Source: Promethearchaeia archaeon (GTDB taxonomy: Archaea > Asgardarchaeota > Lokiarchaeia > Sigyniarchaeales > SOKP01). Taken from it: a stretch of 64,000 bases of DNA. The stretch's first letter is position 1; each line of letters opens with the position of its first letter. The stretch spans positions 128,001-192,000 of the forward strand of contig JAHQWJ010000120.1 of NCBI GenBank assembly GCA_029856125.1. Reading direction: 5' to 3'. Below, one piece after another: positions 60,361 through 64,000 of the stretch. The position numbers and the translations under genes were made by a program. The notes beneath the pieces were generated by a model. It did no database searches, was not told the DNA's origin, and was given only the letters and a program-made list of their open reading frames with translations.

Positions 60361-61436
60361 TACGGGACATTAATAGGATATTTGCCGTATTTTCTCTTCA
60401 CATTTTGCATGGCTTCAAATCTATCAACTGTAACAGCTGGATGGATACTATGACCAGAACTAAATATGTATCCCCCGCCTGGCGCTAATTCTCGTATTAA
60501 CCTTTTAGCATAATCTTCAATCTCAGAAATTTTGCCTAAAGCAAGCATAACAGGACTTAGATTACCTACAAGAGTAATTTTATCGCCAAATTTTTCATTT
60601 AACTTAAATATATCATACTCCAAGTTAGCTGTAGTTGATTCAATGGGATGTATTGCATCCACTCCGCAGTTTATAATGTCTTCAAAAATCTCTAAGAGAT
60701 CCCCATCTGAATGTAGAAGAATTTTGCAATTATGCTTATGAGCTGCATCACATATTTGTTTTAACCATGGAAATATGTGTTTTCGATATAAGCTCGGTCT
60801 CATGAATAGTCCGTTTTTAAATCCGTAATCGTCCCAAAGTAACACCATTTTGGCATCGTTTTCCGCTAAGATTTTCACTAGCTCCACTGTGAAAGTTCCT
60901 CTGTCGTCAAATATCCTCTTCATTTGCTTCTCGTTGCCTACTATTCTTGAAAATGTTTCCATTCCAAAACCCTCCCAAGAGCATTCCATAAGAGCACCAG
61001 TTGAAGGGATAGAAAAAACTGTGTCATTTATTTCTTTTTGAGCACTTCTTCCTGATAGAAATTGATCCATTCGAGTTTTTAAATTTGGGTCTGGCCGTTC
61101 CCAACTTTCGTAGTCCTCAAACGACTCAAAATGCCCTCCGTGGTAAGTTAACATCATAGTTTTATCTTCAGCATATTCATATTTCATTACTCTACCATAC
61201 TCATCGATGTATCCTCCCTTAAACATTTTTCGGGGAAATATACTTACGTAACTAAGAACTAAATCTATTCCTGCTTTACTAAAAAATTTGTATGTGTTTT
61301 TGTAACCACGACTACCGCTAAGATTTATACCATAATGTTTTATTATAGTATTGTTTGTAAAAGCGCTTTCAAAAGCAGGCACTCGATCTGGTTCTTTGTG
61401 CTCAATAGTAGTTAAAACTCTTTCTGGAGCGTTCAT
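60357..61436 (-). CDS. Uroporphyrinogen decarboxylase-family (MtaA/CmuA-like) protein
   Basis: EPDRVP, DDYG, LHSDG, GGYIFSSGHSI. Confidence 0.88.
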   Translation of the reverse strand: MNAPERVLTTIEHKEPDRVPAFESAFTNNTIIKHYGINLSGSRGYKNTYKFFSKAGIDLVLSYVSIFPRKMFKGGYIDEYGRVMKYEYAEDKTMMLTYHGGHFESFEDYESWERPDPNLKTRMDQFLSGRSAQKEINDTVFSIPSTGALMECSWEGFGMETFSRIVGNEKQMKRIFDDRGTFTVELVKILAENDAKMVLLWDDYGFKNGLFMRPSLYRKHIFPWLKQICDAAHKHNCKILLHSDGDLLEIFEDIINCGVDAIHPIESTTANLEYDIFKLNEKFGDKITLVGNLSPVMLALGKISEIEDYAKRLIRELAPGGGYIFSSGHSIHPAVTVDRFEAMQNVKRKYGKYPINVPY

Positions 61437-61541
61437 TATATCTCTTATTGATAATTTTTTATTAAAATCTTTAATTACATTAAGAAGGTCTTTAAAATAT
61501 ATAAAAGTTTAATTTTACAAATTTGTAGAGCTGATTCCGAT

Positions 61542-62144
61542 TTGAGCGAATTTAAAAGACTAACTACGGATTTCTTTTCAAGAGGTACGGTTGAAGTGGG
61601 TAAGGATCTGTTAGGTAGATACCTAATAAAAGAAACAAATAAAGGAGCTATTATAGGAGAAATAAAAGAAGTCGAAGCGTATTTAGGTCCAAATGATAAA
61701 GCGTGCCACGCTTATAACTACAAAAAAACCGAAAAAACAAAAGTTATGTATATGAAACCTGGTACTTTTTACGTGTATTATATTTATGGTACTTATTTCT
61801 GCTTAAATGTCATTACTGAGCCAATAAACAACCCCTGTGCTATTTTTATAAGAAACCTTCGTCCAATAGAAGGAATTGATTTAATGTTGGAAAATCGCAA
61901 TGTAAAAATCGGAAGGAATTATAAGAATTTGGTTGATGGACCAAGCAAATTATGTATGGCATTTAATATCACCAAAGAAAAATATAACGGGGAAGACTCT
62001 TGCACGGAAAATTCAAAACTCTATTTTGCTCAAGGAAAAAAGATTTTAGATAAACAGATTATTTTAGGAAAAAGAATTGGGATAGAATATGCTGAAGAAG
62101 ACAAAGATCGCCTTTTACGCTTTACTTTAGAACAAGAATTATAA
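61542..62144 (+). CDS. 3-methyladenine DNA glycosylase (MPG/AAG family)
   Basis: EVEAYLG..D.ACH, YVYYIYG.Y.CLNV, GPSKL, RIGI. Confidence 0.93.
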   Translation: MSEFKRLTTDFFSRGTVEVGKDLLGRYLIKETNKGAIIGEIKEVEAYLGPNDKACHAYNYKKTEKTKVMYMKPGTFYVYYIYGTYFCLNVITEPINNPCAIFIRNLRPIEGIDLMLENRNVKIGRNYKNLVDGPSKLCMAFNITKEKYNGEDSCTENSKLYFAQGKKILDKQIILGKRIGIEYAEEDKDRLLRFTLEQEL

Positions 62145-62148
62145 AAAA

Positions 62149-62451
62149 CCTGGATTTCGACTCCAATTCAAATGCTATGACCTTATAATATGCTCCTCCA
62201 CGACCTTACCATAAAGCGTGAACATCTAAACTTACGATTGCTCCATCCCTGGCCTGATCGGGTTTGTTATTACGAGCTTAAGCATTCCCTACGGAAAACC
62301 CTGCTCTGACACCCACCATCATGGGGATCGCTTCGTCGAAACATAAAATTGGATAACATTTCTCATGGAACCTGAATCCAAGCAATTTGAGCTAAAGACC
62401 ATGTTACTCTCCGTCCAGTATAGGACTTCAGAACGGGCCTAATGTTCCAAG
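62149..62451 (-). ncRNA. ffs: Signal recognition particle RNA (archaeal 7S)
   Basis: About 300 nt GC-enriched; minus strand has helix 8 GAUCAGGCCA-GGGA-UGGAGCAAUC (CAGG/AGCA symmetric loop, GNRA), helix 6 with a GUAG loop, and ends that pair (CUUGG/CCAGG). Confidence 0.9.
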
Positions 62452-62518
62452 AAAAAAAATGAATGCATTAATAAAAACTTGATGAACTACCAATAATGGG
62501 AAAGGGTAAAGATAAGGA

Positions 62519-62677
62519 TTAATCTAATGCTACTTCTTTATTGATTCTACGGCGTAAAATCGATAAAAATTCTTCAGTATCTGGAAACACATAAGTAATG
62601 TTGTCTCCATCGTCATCAATTGTAACCTCTTTGAAAAACTTACCATCTATTTTCACTTTCATATCGTTTAATATCAT
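62519..62677 (-). CDS. 52-aa microprotein, below the ORF-track size cutoff
   Basis: (MILND)MKVKIDGKFFKEVTIDDDGDNITYVFPDTEEFLSILRRRINKEVALD*; protein-like composition. Confidence 0.55.
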   Translation of the reverse strand: MILNDMKVKIDGKFFKEVTIDDDGDNITYVFPDTEEFLSILRRRINKEVALD

Positions 62678-62736
62678 ACCAAAAGAATGTTAATCGAATT
62701 TCAAAAAACTACATAACATGGAAGTAATACTACCTT

Positions 62737-63621
62737 CTAATTACCATTCTTGTTGCTATTTGCTACTATAGCGTTTACAATTTGTGGTATGACTTCGCGA
62801 GGAAAACTATGACCCATTCCATCCAAAATCAATAACTCTGCTTCGGGTATTTCTGTAGCGATTTCTTTACCTGCTTCAACTGAGTTAAGTGGATCTTCTC
62901 TCCCATGAATAACAATTGTAGGAGCTCGTATTGCTGCAAGTTTTGGTTTTAGATTACCGGGAACAGCCATCGCTGCTAATTGACGCGTTACCCCTTCAGG
63001 GTAATAACCACGATCATAATCGTTTGCCATATACTCTCTTGATTGATCTTCGTCATAAGGAAAAGTTCCGTGAATGAGGCGACCGCGTTTGACCATTTCT
63101 TCAATATATGCCTCGCGTTCAGAAGGAACAGGTGCAAAGAATTGCGCCATGATTTCTGGCTTCGATTGAGGTAGATCGGGATTTCCAGTCGTACTCATGA
63201 TTAACGTGAGAGATAGCAACCGAGATGGGTGTTTATATGCTAGAACCTGTGCGATCATTCCCCCCATGGAAGCACCGCAGATGTGTGCTTTATCTATATT
63301 TAGAACATCCAAGACACCAACAGCGTCACCTGCCATGTCCTCTAAAGTGTACGGTACTTTAGGTATTTCTCCATGAGTATAGGCGGCACTAATCTCCACA
63401 AAGTTTGGCATACCTGCATCTTCAAATTTTGTTGACAAACCTATATCTCTGTTGTCGAATCTGATGACAAAAAAGCCATGATTTGCTAGATTCTCGCACA
63501 TTTCATCTGTCCAAGCAAGTAATTGGCTTCCCAGTCCTGCTATCAATAACAACGGTTTTGAAACCGGGTCACCGATTGTTTCATATTCAATTTCTATATT
63601 ATTTACTTTCGCTTTTGGCAT
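62737..63621 (-). CDS. Alpha/beta hydrolase
   Basis: IRFDNRDIG, GASMGG nucleophile, HG..D, GMGH. Confidence 0.92.
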   Translation of the reverse strand: MPKAKVNNIEIEYETIGDPVSKPLLLIAGLGSQLLAWTDEMCENLANHGFFVIRFDNRDIGLSTKFEDAGMPNFVEISAAYTHGEIPKVPYTLEDMAGDAVGVLDVLNIDKAHICGASMGGMIAQVLAYKHPSRLLSLTLIMSTTGNPDLPQSKPEIMAQFFAPVPSEREAYIEEMVKRGRLIHGTFPYDEDQSREYMANDYDRGYYPEGVTRQLAAMAVPGNLKPKLAAIRAPTIVIHGREDPLNSVEAGKEIATEIPEAELLILDGMGHSFPREVIPQIVNAIVANSNKNGN

Positions 63622-63755
63622 TATTGATATTTCTCATTTATTTCTTTAAACTTATTAAATAGGGAATGTAATATTAAGTTAAACTTTATGTAAAACCAAA
63701 AATAAGCTAGAATATTGTTTAATTATCATAAAATAATGAATTTTGAGGGATTACT

Positions 63756-64000
63756 ATGTCTGAAAATATTATTTATCTCGATACCGAAACACTTGAAAGT
63801 TTCATGAAAGATGTTTTCATAGGGCTTGGTGTGCCTAAGGACGACGCCCACATTATAGCTGAAGTATTAATTGCTTCTGATATTAGAGGAATTGATACCC
63901 ATGGAATTCAGCGCTGCAAAATGTATTTTGATCGTATAAAGGCAGGAATGTATGAAGTGAAAACAAAAATTGATGTTATAAATAATGGCCCTACGACAGC
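63756..64000 (+). CDS. Ldh_2 family (malate/L-lactate/L-sulfolactate) dehydrogenase, partial
   Basis: Hand translation MSENIIY..GVPKDDAHIIAEVLIASDIRGIDTHG; runs off the window end. Confidence 0.85.
   Translation, partial: MSENIIYLDTETLESFMKDVFIGLGVPKDDAHIIAEVLIASDIRGIDTHGIQRCKMYFDRIKAGMYEVKTKIDVINNGPTT

Noticed and set aside
2085-61041. Numerous 60-170 aa ORFs overlapping longer genes (e.g. 43669-44106, 45893-46291, 51829-52341, 47094-47387)
   Set aside because: Antisense or alternate-frame shadows of well-supported genes, with no motifs.
1-64000. Mobile elements, prophage, CRISPR arrays, rRNA or tRNA genes
   Set aside because: No transposase, integrase, repeat-spacer array or cloverleaf was recognised by eye; a tRNAscan/Infernal run would be needed to exclude them fully.

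Overview
AT-rich (about 30% GC by eye) archaeal chromosomal window, most consistent with an Asgard archaeon of the Lokiarchaeia type. This rests on an archaeal uS10, an archaeal SRP RNA, an IPGF-TM-basic C-terminal sorting signal, a longin-like domain and AbrB-PhoU. Most of the window is housekeeping and metabolism: an ester uptake/hydrolysis cluster, carAB, a nitrogen-assimilation neighbourhood (glnA, Lrp, FMN glutamate synthase, guaA, three tandem GDHs), ABC transporters and hydrolases. Reading outside the ORF track found an SRP RNA, a probable C/D-box sRNA and several sub-60-aa ORFs. The most notable item is a tandem pair of microprotein ORFs at 47.5-48.1 kb. Each has an in-frame UGA at codon 21, and each is followed just after its TAA by the same covarying three-way-junction RNA, making this a candidate selenocysteine/UGA-recoding system with a non-canonical SECIS-like element. 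Other highlights are an AbrB-domain acyl-CoA ligase pseudoenzyme, a stand-alone CNOT4-type C4C4 RING protein, a Bud23/WBSCR22-like methyltransferase, and paralogous Zn-ribbon leader genes in front of both glnA and glutamate synthase. All calls are by motif recognition; no searches were run.
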